This document shows, in pieces, positions 26,367-39,100 of a DNA stretch of 64,000 bases. Origin of the DNA: Eledone cirrhosa (lineage: Eukaryota); assembly GCA_964016885.1 (NCBI GenBank), contig OZ024740.1:155372001-155436000 (forward strand), written 5' to 3'. A program made the position numbers and the translations under genes. A model generated the notes under the pieces. That model searched no databases and had not been told where the DNA came from. It was given only the letters and a program-made list of their open reading frames with translations. The stretch's first letter is position 1. The number at the start of each line of letters is the position of its first letter.

Positions 26367-27807
26367 TTAACAAAGTTCACTGGATTGCAAGCATTTGGGC
26401 CAAGGCTCCAGTTTAAGGTTACTTACTTCTCTTCCTCTCACTTGTCTCAAAGGCCCAGAAAAAATGTCATGGGCACTGCCATTCCCTCCCTGACTGTTCA
26501 ATAAAAATGAACAGAGCGAATACACAACAAACCAGCAACTATAATCTAAAATGAGAGAATTTTTACCTTTCTACACATAATCACTAAATCTCAATTCAAC
26601 TGCACCATACCATGTTAAATAAGGAACTGACAAGATTGGATAATGTAATTCTACATACTCTTGGATTCCAAATAATAGAGGGACTTGTGATAAGTGAGGG
26701 ATTTGGAATAAGTGGGGGTGGGGCTGGAAAATCGGTAATTTTTCTAGGTTGTCTCTGTTGATTTTTTTAAAAACCAGGATTAGTCGTTTAGTTTACATAT
26801 TGAGACCCCAACCCATCCTATTTATTTTATAACATATGGGATTTCTAATAATGTACTTTTTTTGTCATGTAAAAGGTTCTTTAATGTCTAAAGAAAATTA
26901 ATTGTTGCAAGAATGTTACCACTTAAAATAATATTTTGCTGAAGATAGAATAGCAAAATTTAATAAGTGGGAAGGGGGTGTAAGAGCAGGGATGGAGGAT
27001 CTGAAAAATTAATAAGGAGGCAATTATTCATGACCTGAGAGTACTTCTAGAAAAAAAGAACAGCATACTCAATGATTGACTATTTGATATTGATACCAAG
27101 CCGCCTGAAACAACTCCTGGTTTTATGATACAAAACTGTTTGCTTTAAAGTGTTTAAATTTATTCAAAAACCTTCCTCCGTCATAATTTTATGTAAGGAC
27201 CTTCCTTCAGTTATGTTCCAAACACCAGCTTAATAATGAGAATGTTACTAAATTCCTCAAAATTCTTAATTATTTTCACAACTATTTGAAAATTATAGAG
27301 GCTTTTTTATTAGAAATACAGTAACAAAAGGGTTAATCATAGGTATGTTGGCTGCAGCTAAACAATGTTCTACAGATGCCCACAGAACATTTGAATCTAC
27401 TTACATATTGCTTTCTTTTTCTCTTTATATTTTGCACTTTTCCTTCTTATATATAAATAGTAGTAATATAAAGTATTATAAATTGACTTCACAACTAGTG
27501 TGACAGAAATTGAAATTTTTTATTTTATGACTCAACAAATCTTGCTTTTTGTATCGAATTTTCTGTTTTTCAAAATCCTTTCTTTTTTTAAAGTTGCTAG
27601 TGCTTTCTTTCTTCAACTTGGAAATATATCAAAATAACCAATTTCAAATGTAATTGTGTCAAGCTATTTTTTTCTTGAACTTAATCTTCACACACATCCA
27701 AAACAAAATAAATTAAATTAATAAAGCATGTTCATAAAGAATTTAAAGAATAAAAATATAACAATAATGATAATAACAAGAACAATAATAATAAAAGTGC
27801 TAATTAT

Positions 27808-27993
27808 AATTGTTTCTACTTTAGGCACAAGGCCAGCAATTACCCAGTGCATTACTGGTACTTTATTTTATCGACCCCGTAAGGATGAAAGGCAAAGTCA
27901 ACCTCGGTGGGATTTGAACTCAGATCGTAAAGGGACCTAACTATGCTGGAAAGCATGGCGTCCGACCCTCTACCGATACTGTCAATCCACTGC
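27808..27993 (-). mobile_element. SINE S1, young copy
   Basis: Nearly the reverse complement of 62501-62690; flanked by the direct repeat AAAAGTGCTAATTATAAT (target-site duplication). Confidence 0.87.
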
Positions 27994-28694
27994 CAAAAGT
28001 GCTAATTATAATGAAGATAATGAATAATTGTTTTGATTTTAGGCACAAGTTAGAGGAGAAAAGTCGATTATACTTAAATGGTACTTTACTTCATCAACCC
28101 CAATAGGATGAAATGCAAGGTTGACCGTGGCAAGATTTGAAAACAGAACGCAACTGAAAGCCGCAAAGCTCTAACAATCCTCCCAACCCACCACCCTTCT
28201 CACAAAATAATAAATAAGAAGAGTAAATAAAAACTAAAATAAGTAAAAAATGATTATGATTTTTTCACAAAGCCAGCAATTTAGGGAAGGGAAAGGTCAT
28301 TATATTGACCCTAAAATAAGTAAAAAAGGAAGAAAAATGCAACTTAAAATTCCAGTAAATTTAATAATAATGATTTCTTAAATTACTAAAAATGGTGATG
28401 TTGATGATGATATACATTTTAGCAAGGTATAAGTGCAGCTAAGCAAAAGAACGGAAGTGACAGCTTTTCAAAGAGGCAAGTTTGGTCTAATTCTTTTTGG
28501 AAGTGACCACAGGTAAAAAAAAAATAGTTTCTTTATTAGCCACAACAGCTTACACATATAATACAGTAAACATTATAAATATGGGGGTAACAATACATTT
28601 GAAGATGAACAACAATGTTATATAAAAATGGGGGTAGGGACAAGGATGTTATACAATAGACCTATGAAATTGATAAAACATAAAATAATTATAA

Positions 28695-28865
28695 AGTTCT
28701 TCTTCGCCCACTTATTCCTGAGAGAGTCGTGGAGAAGAGTCCTCACACACTCCTTCCAGTGGATCATGTCAGAAGCAACTGTCTCTAACTGATCTGGTTG
28801 GATCCCCAAGTAAGACCAGCCAAGCTCATGCATGTTATCCAACCATCTTGCTAGGGGTCTACTTC
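28695..28865 (-). pseudogene. C-terminal fragment of a different RTE-like LINE
   Basis: SRPLARWLDNMHELGWSYLGIQPDQLETVASDMIHWKECV resembles RTE C-termini (GRP..RW.D...LGI...W). Confidence 0.6.
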
Positions 28866-29087
28866 AAAAGAAGCAAAGGAAGAAAAGGGACAAGTAAATA
28901 TCACACACATATCTTTTAACGTCTTCTGCGGGCTAACACACTTCAGCTGCTGATTTTTGTCCTTTGAGGTAAATTTTACCCAATGCTTTCATTGACGGCA
29001 TCTTGCTGTTGTAACAGCTATCCTTGCATTGAGTTTTTCTCACTATGAATTCTAATGCACTTGCGGTCCAACTTGCTCTTTGAGAAA

Positions 29088-29120
<33 letters not shown>

Positions 29121-29122
<2 letters not shown>

Positions 29123-29577
29123 CCACTGTTAACCACTAAAGATTTCTCCCTACATACAAAAGAACGATTGTATGACACCTGTGTGCAAAGTGTGATGCTG
29201 CATGATAGTGAAACATGGGCTATGACTGTGGAGGATGTGTGTAGACTGGAGAGAGGCAAAGCTTGGATGAATTGAAGGAGAAGCTGGATTTAAGAGGAAT
29301 TCGAGGAATTGCATTTGTTTGGACATATGATGTGCATGGACAATGATCGTTGGGTGAATTACCAGGAAATGCCAGTGGAAGGAAGTCACAGTAGAGGCAG
29401 ACCAAGAGAGTCCTGGGCAGAGGTTGTGAGAGCTAACCTCAAATCACTGAGACTTACAGAGATGATGACAAAGGGTCACAATGTGTGGAGAGATGCTGCT
29501 CTGAGAAGGACCTGTTCGACCCATGCAGGCGTGGAAAAGCAGACGTAAAAATGATGAGGATGATAGTGATGATGATA
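29121..29577 (+). mobile_element. Older RTE LINE 3' fragment
   Basis: Decayed homolog (LYDTCVQSVMLHDSETWA...FGHMMCM...GRPRESW) with GACGTAAAA(ATG)n tail. Confidence 0.8.
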
Positions 29578-30245
29578 CACACACACATGTTCATATATAG
29601 AGAATGTGTATGTATATGTGACTGTGTATGTTTGTGTGCGTCTATGTGTGTGTAAAAGACCCTTGAATTGAAAAAAAATTACCATTACCTGAACAATGTA
29701 ACTGGTAGCAGAACAAAGGTGGATTCATTACATATCATTTTTTTTTGACAGATAAATCTATATTGATGTCCTTGTGTGGTACTATATAGATTTAGTTTCA
29801 GATGTCAGGGGATATAGAAAGATAGACTGCTAAATTGAGTCAGAGAAGAAAAAAGATAAAGAGGTAGATAGACAGTCAGAGGAGAAAAGAGAAAGACAAA
29901 TAGAGTTGTAGAAGAGATTGGATGGATAGATAGATAGGTAGGTAGCTAGATGGATAGATAGGTAGGTAGATAGATAGGTAGCTAGATGGATGGATAGATA
30001 GAGGGGTTGATAGATATGTTTCTTTATTAGCCACAAGGGCACAAAGGAAGGGGACAAATACAAAGGGGGAAGTTTACATACAATAAAAACGTTTAAAATG
30101 CTATCATAAATTTAATTTAAAAATTAATCGATTTTCCTCAATAGGGGGAGACATTTCATATGGGTAACACATACCCCCGAAAAAATGTGCAGCCCTGATC
30201 TCCAGGAGTACGAAGAGTTTGTACCCCTTTCCTCTCTTCCTCTAT

Positions 30246-33200
30246 CTACAGGCTGATACAGAGAGAAGGCCCATTCACTCGGACCATTCTCGCCACTTTC
30301 ACCCACCTTTCATAAAACTTGCTGGGGTACAGCACCTCTCTCTCCATCCTGATTCTTCTTCCAAAGTTGTATTTGAAAAAAAGAATCAGTTGTTGGCCGG
30401 GGAGAAAGTTGTCTGACCTCAGCCCTTTTAACCTCGTCCACCATACAACCTCTTTCGCCATAGCTATCACACAAAGGAAAACCACCTCTCCTTCGTTTTT
30501 GAAGGAGGGTGGCGGTTTGATCATGACAATGGACTCGGTGGTCAACCGGATTAGTCCCACCCGCGACAATAGTCGTTCTACATAGCTCCACAGGTCGGTA
30601 ACGCCCGGGCAGTGTAAGAATGCGTGCGCGACGGTTTCTTCGTCTCGCATGCACCTCGGACAGATCTTTTTCGAAGGGTTCCTGCCCGAGCGCCCATGTC
30701 TGTAGCGCTTGTCTCGAACCGGTAGAGCTCCTCGGTAGCACTGCCAGGCCAGGGACTTTTGGAAGTTGTCTATCGGTCCCGGGAGGAAGGTCCTACCGAA
30801 CAGACTGGCCAGTTCGTCTTCCTCTACGCCCAGAGTTTCACCGAGCACGTCGTCGCACTTGCTGCGGATCAACCCTCTATAGAATGACGAAGTGGAGTCT
30901 CCACTGATCGCCGGGTCCGCCTGCCAGAGGGCTGTGAACGCCTGAGCACATTCGATGTGCCAGTCGCCCATTTTCCTCGGTCTTTGCTTGACCCAGGACC
31001 GCAGCTCGGTCAGCGAGACGAGTCGTGGGAAGGCTCGCTTCACGAACGGGGCCCACACCGGTTGTCCGGTGAGGATTACGTAGAGATGCCGCAGCCTGAG
31101 CGCGTGTTTGCGCATTGTCAGCTACAGCATCACCAGCCCTCCGTTGGAAGCAGATGAATCTTCTCACCAAAGGAGCCGGCCTCTTCCAAAGGAATTGGAA
31201 GGGCGCGCGCTCCATTTTGGTCAGCGTTTTGGCTGCACGACGGTCAAGCGGTAATAGATAGCAAACGCTATAAAAGTGTTCGCCACCTGCGCTCGACCTT
31301 TCAAGGATAGTTTGCACTCGGCCCACTTCTGGGTGAGTGCAAACACCTTGGCCGTCACCTCGTTCCAGCTCTTCTCCACCTGGAGGTCCGGACCAAACCA
31401 GACTCCGAGCAGCTTTACCGGTTCTTCCGTCCAGCATCCGACGACGCCATCAGAAGGCATCGGTTTGCCTCTCCTCGATCCAAGTTGCAAACTGATGGAC
31501 TTGTCCTGGTTCAGCTTCGCTCCTGTGAACCTTTCGTATTCCTGCAGTAAGATTCCGACTTCCTCGATTTGCGAGGTGCTCGACACCATTACTGTCACGT
31601 CGTCGGCGTAGGCTGATGCCGCTTTCCGCAGTTCCGGTTCCGGAGGGATGCCCTGAAATAGCTCCAACTTCCATAGTAGTGACTCGAGAGTCAGTACGTA
31701 CAGCAGGGAGGAGAGAGAACATCCCTGTCGAATGGATCGCGTGATATGGAACGGCTCCGAGAGATAGCCATTCACCTTGACCCTTGAGCAGATGTTGCTG
31801 TTGTGCATTGCAGCAATCCAGCCCCTGAACGCAGGTCCGAAGCCTGCTGCCTCGAGCACCACATCCAGGTAATGATGGTCAACCCTATCGAAAGTCTTAG
31901 ACTGATCCAAGTTGATCAGGACCCCACCAAAGCAGGTTTTACACCATACGTTCTCTAAGATGTATCGCATGAGGTGGAGGTTGTCGTGTATGGACCTGGT
32001 CGGGATTGCGCATGTCTGTGCTTCTCCCACCAGGTTCTCTACGACAAGCGCCAGCTTCTTTGCCAACACCTTGGCCAAAATCTGTAACTCTGTGTTTAGC
32101 AGAGTTATGGGCCGGAAGTTGCCTATGTCATCCCCCTTATTCTCGTCCTTCCTGACTAGTGTGACTACGCCCCCGGTCACAGAACTGGGAATTCTCCCAT
32201 TCTGCTGCCAGTTGCAGTAGACCGCTTCCAGGAGACCGGACAATAAGTCCGGCATTGCTACGTAAAATTCGTAGAGTAGACTGTCGAGACCTGGAGATTT
32301 GCGTTTGCCGCATTGGCTCAGCGCGTCCCCTATCTCAGCAGCTGAAATCGGCTTTTCACAGAACTCCGCCTCGCCGTCCGATAGTCGCGGTAGGCCGTCG
32401 AGGTATGGACCAAAATCCATAGCCCCTCCCAGCGCACTGCCCTGCCCGAACAGTTGACCAAAGTGCCGCTGAAAGGCCACACACATCTGCTTCGGCTCAC
32501 GTATCACGTCTTGGTCTTTCAAAGACCGAATCGTGGACTTGTTGCCACTTTTTGCCTCCGTCACCCGGGCCCAGCTAACAGTTTTGGCTCCCTCATGATC
32601 CTTCAGATCACAAACTACTGACCTGCATAGAACCCATAGACAAGGTTGATAGAACCCATAGACAAGGACCTTGATAGAACCCATAGACAAGGACCCAGCT
32701 ACTAGAAGCTGAACTTGTCGTTACCGACATGCAAAGTCTACAGTAGACGGATTAGCACTTTAGTTAAACAGCACTTGACAGGGGCCATTGTCAACAACAG
32801 ATGGTGGTACTCTCTCAAGAGGGCAGTTAGATTAGACTCATTAGTTTTTAGTAAAGAATTAGCGTTAGATAGAAATAGGACCGAGAAGGAACTGGTAGAT
32901 AAAGTAGAAGAGACAATTAGAAGTGGCAACGCAGCCCTCGTGCTTTGCGTCGAAGAACTGGTCCAAGGCCGTTCTCGTTGCTAGCACGCTGGTTACGTTT
33001 CCACTTATAATTGCCTCTTTATCTACCAGTTCCTTCTTGGTCCTATTTCTATCTAATGCTAATTCTTTACCAAAAACTAATGAGTCTAATCTAACTGCCC
33101 TCTTGAGAGAGTACCACCATCTGTTGTTGACAATGGCCCCTGTCAAGTGCTGTTTAACTAAAGTGCTAATCCGTCTACTGTAGGCTTTGCATGTCGGTAA

Positions 33201-33866
33201 CGACAAGTTCAGCTTCCAGTAGCTGGGTCCTTGTCTATGGGTTCTATCAAAGTTGACCATGCAGGTCACTAGTTTGTGATCTGAATAGGCAACCATGAAC
33301 ATTTGTGGACAGCTTAACATGTCCCTATCCTTATTTCTAACTAGAACCCTATCTAGGTACGATCTAGATGTTCCGCTGCGATTAGTCCACGTCCACAGTG
33401 GCTCAGTCGGAAAATCCAGTCGATATCTATCGGCCAGGTCAAATCGGCCGATTAACTGTTTGAGGCTGTTACACACCCCTTTATCAGGACATGCCCCTAC
33501 ATAGTCCCAACGTGCATCTAGGATTCCATTCCAGTCCCCCACTAAAAGCAAGGAGCGGGACGTTCCCAGAAAAGTCTCTAGACGTTTGAAGAAGTCTGGT
33601 CGCGGTGTCCCGGATGGGGCATATGCGGCCACCAGCCTGAAGGCTCCACCTTCACTACCGTCATTGTTGAGGACCACCAGTCGACCCTCCGGGTCCAGAT
33701 GTACCGTCTGTGTTACGAGGCCCAGCTGTCGCTCGCTGCGGATCCTGAACTCGCAAATGGTTACTACATCCATACTGTGCGACCTGAGGTCATTTAAGAG
33801 TTTGCCCTGTTTCCAGGGCATCCCCTGGCCGCGTACATTCACACATCCAACTCTTATATTGGCCAT
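30246..33866 (-). pseudogene. Copy A ORF2 (APE endonuclease, RT, C-terminal zinc finger) with frameshifts, a deletion and an inverted duplication
   Basis: CVNVRG, AYAPS, VGDWNG, SYLDRVLV, YSDHKLV, YWKLN; KSPGLD, FRPITLLN, IRQGC.LS, AYADDVTV; CPRC...EETVAHAFLHC. Confidence 0.92.
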
Positions 33867-33873
33867 GTTGGTT

Positions 33874-33907
33874 CTGAAAAGTTAAAAGAAGAGAAGAAAA
33901 CACTCAC
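33874..33907 (-). promoter_or_regulatory. Splice donor plus branch/polypyrimidine/acceptor cassette between ORF1 stop and ORF2 start
   Basis: GAG|GTGAGTGTTTTCTTCTCTTCTTTTAACTTTTCAG|AACCAACATG. Confidence 0.55.
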
Positions 33908-35691
33908 CTCTTCGTCTTCCGGGGATCAGGCCGCACGATTTCCATGGGGGTGTTAGAGGGGTTGTCTGGGTGGGTGGTGGTTTCTGGCGGGGTGGGGATG
34001 GAGATGTTTGGTGGGGAGGTGGTGTCTGGGGTGAGGGTGGGGAGGCGGTGTCTGGGGTGAGGGTGGGGAAACTTTTTAAAAGGACGCGGTTAATGGGTTT
34101 AACACAAGGATACCCACGTCCTGAGGAAAGTTTTCCTTTAAAGACTTATAGGTGTCCGTAGGGACCCTAATCATCTTTAAATTAGGTTTGTCTACACAGT
34201 TCGAAAAAGTTTCCCCTTCGGTTTTCACCGAAGGGTCGTTGGAGATGACCTCCATTAAACTTTTATTTTTACTGTTTATGTATGTGTAATGTTCTTGTTG
34301 TGTTGCGGTGGTTTTTGTCTGTTGTTCTTGTGGGAGCTTTCGTTTTGTTGTAGGTGTTTGGAGTGATGTCGTGGTTTTGTTTTCGGGACGGGGGGTTTTT
34401 GTTTGTAATGTTTGTGTTGGTGGTTGTATGTTTGTAGTGATGTTTGTTGTTTTTTTGTTCTTGTGGTGTCTTTTCTTCTTTCTTTTCGAACGGAGAGGCT
34501 CTCCCTCATCATCACTTGGTGATGATGAGGGGGCCTCGCCCATTGTGGTGTCTGTGTTATTTGGAAGGGGTATGTTTTGGGGAGTTGTTGTGTCTGTGGG
34601 TGTTTTTCCAGTGGTTTTAGGTGGAGTGGGGTTGCAGGTTGGTTTGTTGTTTTTGTTTTGGTTATGTTTGCGTGTTGTTTTTGTTGTGGTGGTGGTGGAG
34701 GTTGTGTTGTTGTTTTGGGTGTTGGCAGTAGTGCCTCTTTTTTTTTTTTAAGTTAACTGAGGACAGTGACCACTGCTTAAACAGTGGTAACATGAAGGCC
34801 GCCTACCCTCAACAGAAATGTTTATGTGTGAAATTCCATCCAGAGGCACACGTTGGGGTATTTTAGCTATCCATTCTGGCCTCATTTGGACCAGAACTTC
34901 CATGCTTGTACTATTGAATGTGCCTCTGGAGGACTTTAACACCGAAATGATGGTGTCTTCATCGAAATCGATGAAGCCAGTTAAAATCCACCAGACGTTT
35001 ACATTTGGTGCAATGTTCAACATTTTTATCTTTTGTGTCCTTTTTCCCATATATGTGGGGAAAAAGGTGTAAAGGGGGGACACAATCGGCGATACAGAAT
35101 ATTTTTGTGCTGTCAATTGGTCTTTCAACAACACCGAAATGCTTCCAAAAAGTATTCCTTTTTGGATGAAGGCAATATCCTTCATGAAATTCTTCAGAAC
35201 CAGTTCAATGTCGTTTTGGGATAATTGAACTGGTTTTTTCGACACATTTGAAACCGTCCTAAAAATTACTGTTTTTAGAACAGTTTCTCTGCGTAACTGT
35301 TGAGAAGAAGTGATGCTGAAAAGTTACATACTGTTTTGCATCACTTAACATTTCCCTAGCATTGGAAATGTCAAGGTATGTGAACAGTTCCGTCTTTTGG
35401 ACGGTTTGAGCAAAGGAAATCTTTTCCTTGTTCATGGAGTTGTTGTTGGTGGTGTTGTTGTTATCATTGTTGCTATTGTTTTCTTGTTGTCATTATTGTT
35501 GTTGTTTATATCTTGCATGTTATTGGTGTTAGTGTTGATGTTACAATCAATGTCCGACATCTTGTTTTCAAAACTGACACATTTTCGATGTCTTTCAATG
35601 AGGTGGTGAGAGGAGGTGACTGCGAACTTAACACTCTTACCGCTTCTCCACCACTTCTAGTACTGAACGCAGCGTCTATGACTGAATCCAA
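33904..35691 (-). pseudogene. Copy A ORF1 (Tx1-type nucleic-acid-binding protein with zinc knuckle), frameshifted
   Basis: Homologous to 42264-43589 (FIQK..L.GS.S.L.KD, FFPTYMGK.TQ, VEGRRPSCY.C); reconstructed C-terminus ends MEIVRPDPRKTKR*. Confidence 0.8.
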
Positions 35692-35802
35692 GATTTATTT
35701 ACAATTTTTCCACCGATGAAATTTTTCAAATGAAAATTTCACCCCCAAGAAGGGGTGAAGATGACTTGACCCACCATCTGAAAGTTCAGACGTGGGGTCA
35801 AG

Positions 35803-35870
35803 CTATAAAATAGTATCAAATTTAACAATAAATTTTTGATTTCTTACTTAGAAAATCAGCAAAAACTTAC
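35803..35870 (-). promoter_or_regulatory. Putative 68-nt spliceosomal intron in the 5' UTR of copy A
   Basis: CTG|GTAAGTTTTT...GATACTATTTTATAG|C; positionally equivalent to the 67-nt segments in copies B and C. Confidence 0.65.
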
Positions 35871-35902
35871 CAGCAAACTGGCACACGTAGTGGATAGATA
35901 GA

Positions 35903-36003
35903 TTTCTATTTATTGCCACTAGGGCACAAAAGAAGGGGACAAATACAAGGGGGGAGTTTACACAAAAAGGCGAGTAAAGAAAACAAATAACAAATATAAA
36001 ATG
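35903..36003 (-). mobile_element. Short 3'-end stub of the Tx1-like family
   Basis: TTTCTATTTATTGCCACTAGGGCACAAAAGAAGGGGACAAATACAAGGGGGG matches the 3' terminus of copy A (30018-30080). Confidence 0.8.
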
Positions 36004-36173
36004 ATAGGTAGGTTGGTAGGTAGATGGGTGGGTAGATAGATGGATAGATAGGTAGGTAGGTAGAGATAGATAGATAGATAGGAAGGTAGAGATAGATAGA
36101 TAAGTAGGTAGGTAGATGGATAGATAGATAGGAAGGTAGAGATAGATAGGTAGGTAGGTAGATGGATAGATAT

Positions 36174-39100
36174 GTTTCTTTTATTTGCCATCAGGGCATC
36201 AAAAGTGGGACAAGTACAAAGGGGGGAGTTTACAAAACAAGGCGTCCTCAATAAGGAGGAGGCAATAACAAAATATAAAAATAAAATAAAATATAACAGA
36301 ATAAAATTTATAACAAAATCCTCAATAGAGAGGAGGCGCCTTGGGGGGTCGCACACACCCCCGAAAAAAGTGTGCAACCCTTTTCCTCAGGAGCACAGAG
36401 AAGGGGTTCTCCCTTGGTCTTTCATCTTCCTCACCTATAATCTGATGTAGAGTGAAGGCCCATTCACACGGGCCATTCTCGCCACTTTCACCCATCTTTC
36501 GTAAAAACGGCTGGGGTGCAGCACCTCTCTCTCCATCCTGATCCTTCTTCCGAAATGATATCGGAAGAAACGGACCAGTTGTTGGCCAGAGAGAAAGGTG
36601 TCTGACCTCAGTCCTTTCAGATGCGTCCACCATACAACCTCTTTCGCCATGGCTATTACGCACAGAAACACCGTCTCTCCTTCGTTTTTGAAGAGGGGAA
36701 GCGGCTTGATCGTTACAATAGACTCGGTGGTCAAACGGATCGGTCCCACCCTTGACAGCAGTTGTTCGACATAGCCCCACAGATCAGCAATGCCCGAGCA
36801 GTGTACCAATGCGTGTGCAACGGTTTCCTCGTCGCACACGCATCTGGGACAGATCTTTTTCGAGAGGTCCCTACCTGGGCGCCCGTGTCTGTAGAGCCTT
36901 TCTCGAACGGGCAGAGCCCTTCTGTAGCACTGCCAGGCCAGGGAACTCTGGAAGTTATCCATGGGTCCCGGGCTGAATGTCCTACCGAACAGGTTGGCCA
37001 GTTCGTCTTCCTCCATGCCTAGGGCTTCTCAGAGGGCGTCGTCGCACCTGCTAACCACCAGCCCTCTATAGAATGACGAGGTGGTTTCTCCACTGACAGT
37101 CGGGTCCGCCTGCCAGAGACCCGTGAGCGCCTGGGCACACTCGGTGTGCCAGGCGCCCAGTTTTCTCAGTCTTTGCTTGACCCAGGATTGCAGCTCGGTG
37201 AGTGAGACGAGTCTGGGAAAGGCTCGTCTCACAAACGGGGCCCACACCGGTTGACCGGAGAGGAATACTTGGAGGTGCCGTAGCCTTAATGCGTGTTTAC
37301 GGATCATTAGCCACGGCATCCCCAGCCCTCCTTTCGAAGGGTGTTGACAGCAGATGGATCTCCTCACCATAGGAGCCCGCTTCTTCCAAAGGAATTGGAA
37401 GAGTGCGCGCTCCATTTTGGCGAGCGTTTCCCTTGGGCAAGGCACAACGGTCAGGCGGTAGTAGATGACGGACGCTATATAAGTGTTCGCCACCTCCGCC
37501 CGACCTTTCAGGGACAGTTTGCACTCGGCCCACTTCTGGGTCAGTGCAAACACCCTGTTCGTTACCTCACCCCAGTTCTTCTCCACCTGGAGGTCTGGTC
37601 CGAACCAGACCCCGAGCAACTTCACCAGGCCCTCCGTCCAGCGCCCGACGACGGCATCGGAGGGCATCGATCTGCCCCTCCACGTGCCGAGTTGCAGACC
37701 GATCGACTTGTCCCGGTTCAGCTTAGCCCCTGTAAACCTTTCGTACTCCTCCAGTAAGGTGCCGATCACCCCGATTTCCGAGGCCGTAGGCACCATTACT
37801 GTTACGTCGTCGGTGTAGGCCGACACCGCTTTCCGCAATCCCGGTTCCAACGGGATGCCCTGCAACAACTCCAACTTCCGCAGCAGCTCTAGAGTCATTA
37901 CATACAGAAGGGAGGAAAGAGGGCACCCCTGTCGGATGGAATGCGCGATTTCGAACGGCTCCGAGAGGTAGCCGTTCACCTTGACCCTAGAGCAGATGCA
38001 GCTGCTGTGCATGGCATTGATCCAGCCCCTGAAAACGGGTCCGAAGCCTGCCGCCGCTAGCACCGCATCCAGGTAACCATGGTCGACCCTATCCAATGCC
38101 TTAGATTGATCCAAGTTGATCAGGGCCCCACCAAAGCCGGGTTCGTTCCCAACCCTCTCTATGATGTATCGCATGAGGTGGAGGTTGTCGTGGATGGACC
38201 TGGACGGGATAGCACATGTCTGCGCATCTCCCACCAGGTTGCCCACGACAAGCGCCAACCTCTTTGCTAGCACCTTGGCCAAAATCTGTAACTCTGTATT
38301 TAGCAGAGTTATGGGCCTGAAATTATTTATATCGTCCCCCTTGTTCTCGTCCTTCCTCACTAGCGTGACTACACCCTTGGTCACAGCACAGGGAATTCCC
38401 CCGTTCTGTTGCCAGTTGCAGTAGACCGCCTCGAGGAGATCGGGGAACAAGTCCGACATAGCTAGATATAGTTCGTATGGAAGACCATCGAGACCCGGGG
38501 ATTTGCGTTTGCCGCATTGGCTCAGCACGTCCTCTATCTCAGCAGCTGAAATCGGCTCCTCGCAGGACTTCGCCTCCCTGTCCGAGAGACGCGGCAGGCT
38601 GTCGAGGTATGGACCGAAGTCCACATCCCCAACCGGCTCCCTGCCCCTTCCGAACAATCCGGCAAAGTGTTTTTGAAAAGCCTCGCACATCTACTTAGGT
38701 TCAAGGATCAACCGTCCATCCTGGTCTCGCAAAGACCGGATAGTGGATCTGCTCCCTCTTTTGGCTTCTGTCACGCGGGCCCAGCTAACAGCTTTGGTCC
38801 CCTCATTTCCCAGAGCACGTATTTTGCTTCGGACGATGCAGCCTTCGTGTTTCACATTGAAGAACTGGCCCAGGGCCGTTCTCGACACTAGCACTCTGGC
38901 CACGTCGCCGCTTCTAATTGCCTCTTCTACACTATCTACCAACTCCCTTTCCTTCCTATTTCTATTTGAGGCTAACTCCTTACTAAATTCTATAGAGACT
39001 ACTCTAATCTCTCTTTTGAGAGATCCCCACCACCTGCTGTTGACGATGGCGCCCGTCAACCGCTCCTTAACTAAAGTGCTAATCCGGTCCCTGTAAGCCT

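Larger units (their letters stand above)
30018..35892 (-). mobile_element. L1/Tx1-clade LINE copy A, near full length, disrupted
   Basis: 5' UTR, ORF1 pieces (33904-35691), ORF2 pieces, 3' end ...GTGGCTAATAAAGAAAC then (ATCT)n. Confidence 0.92.

Noticed and set aside
29688-29820. Possible minus-strand exon ending TTCAG|GTAATG
   Set aside because: Stops in all three frames shortly upstream and no clear acceptor.
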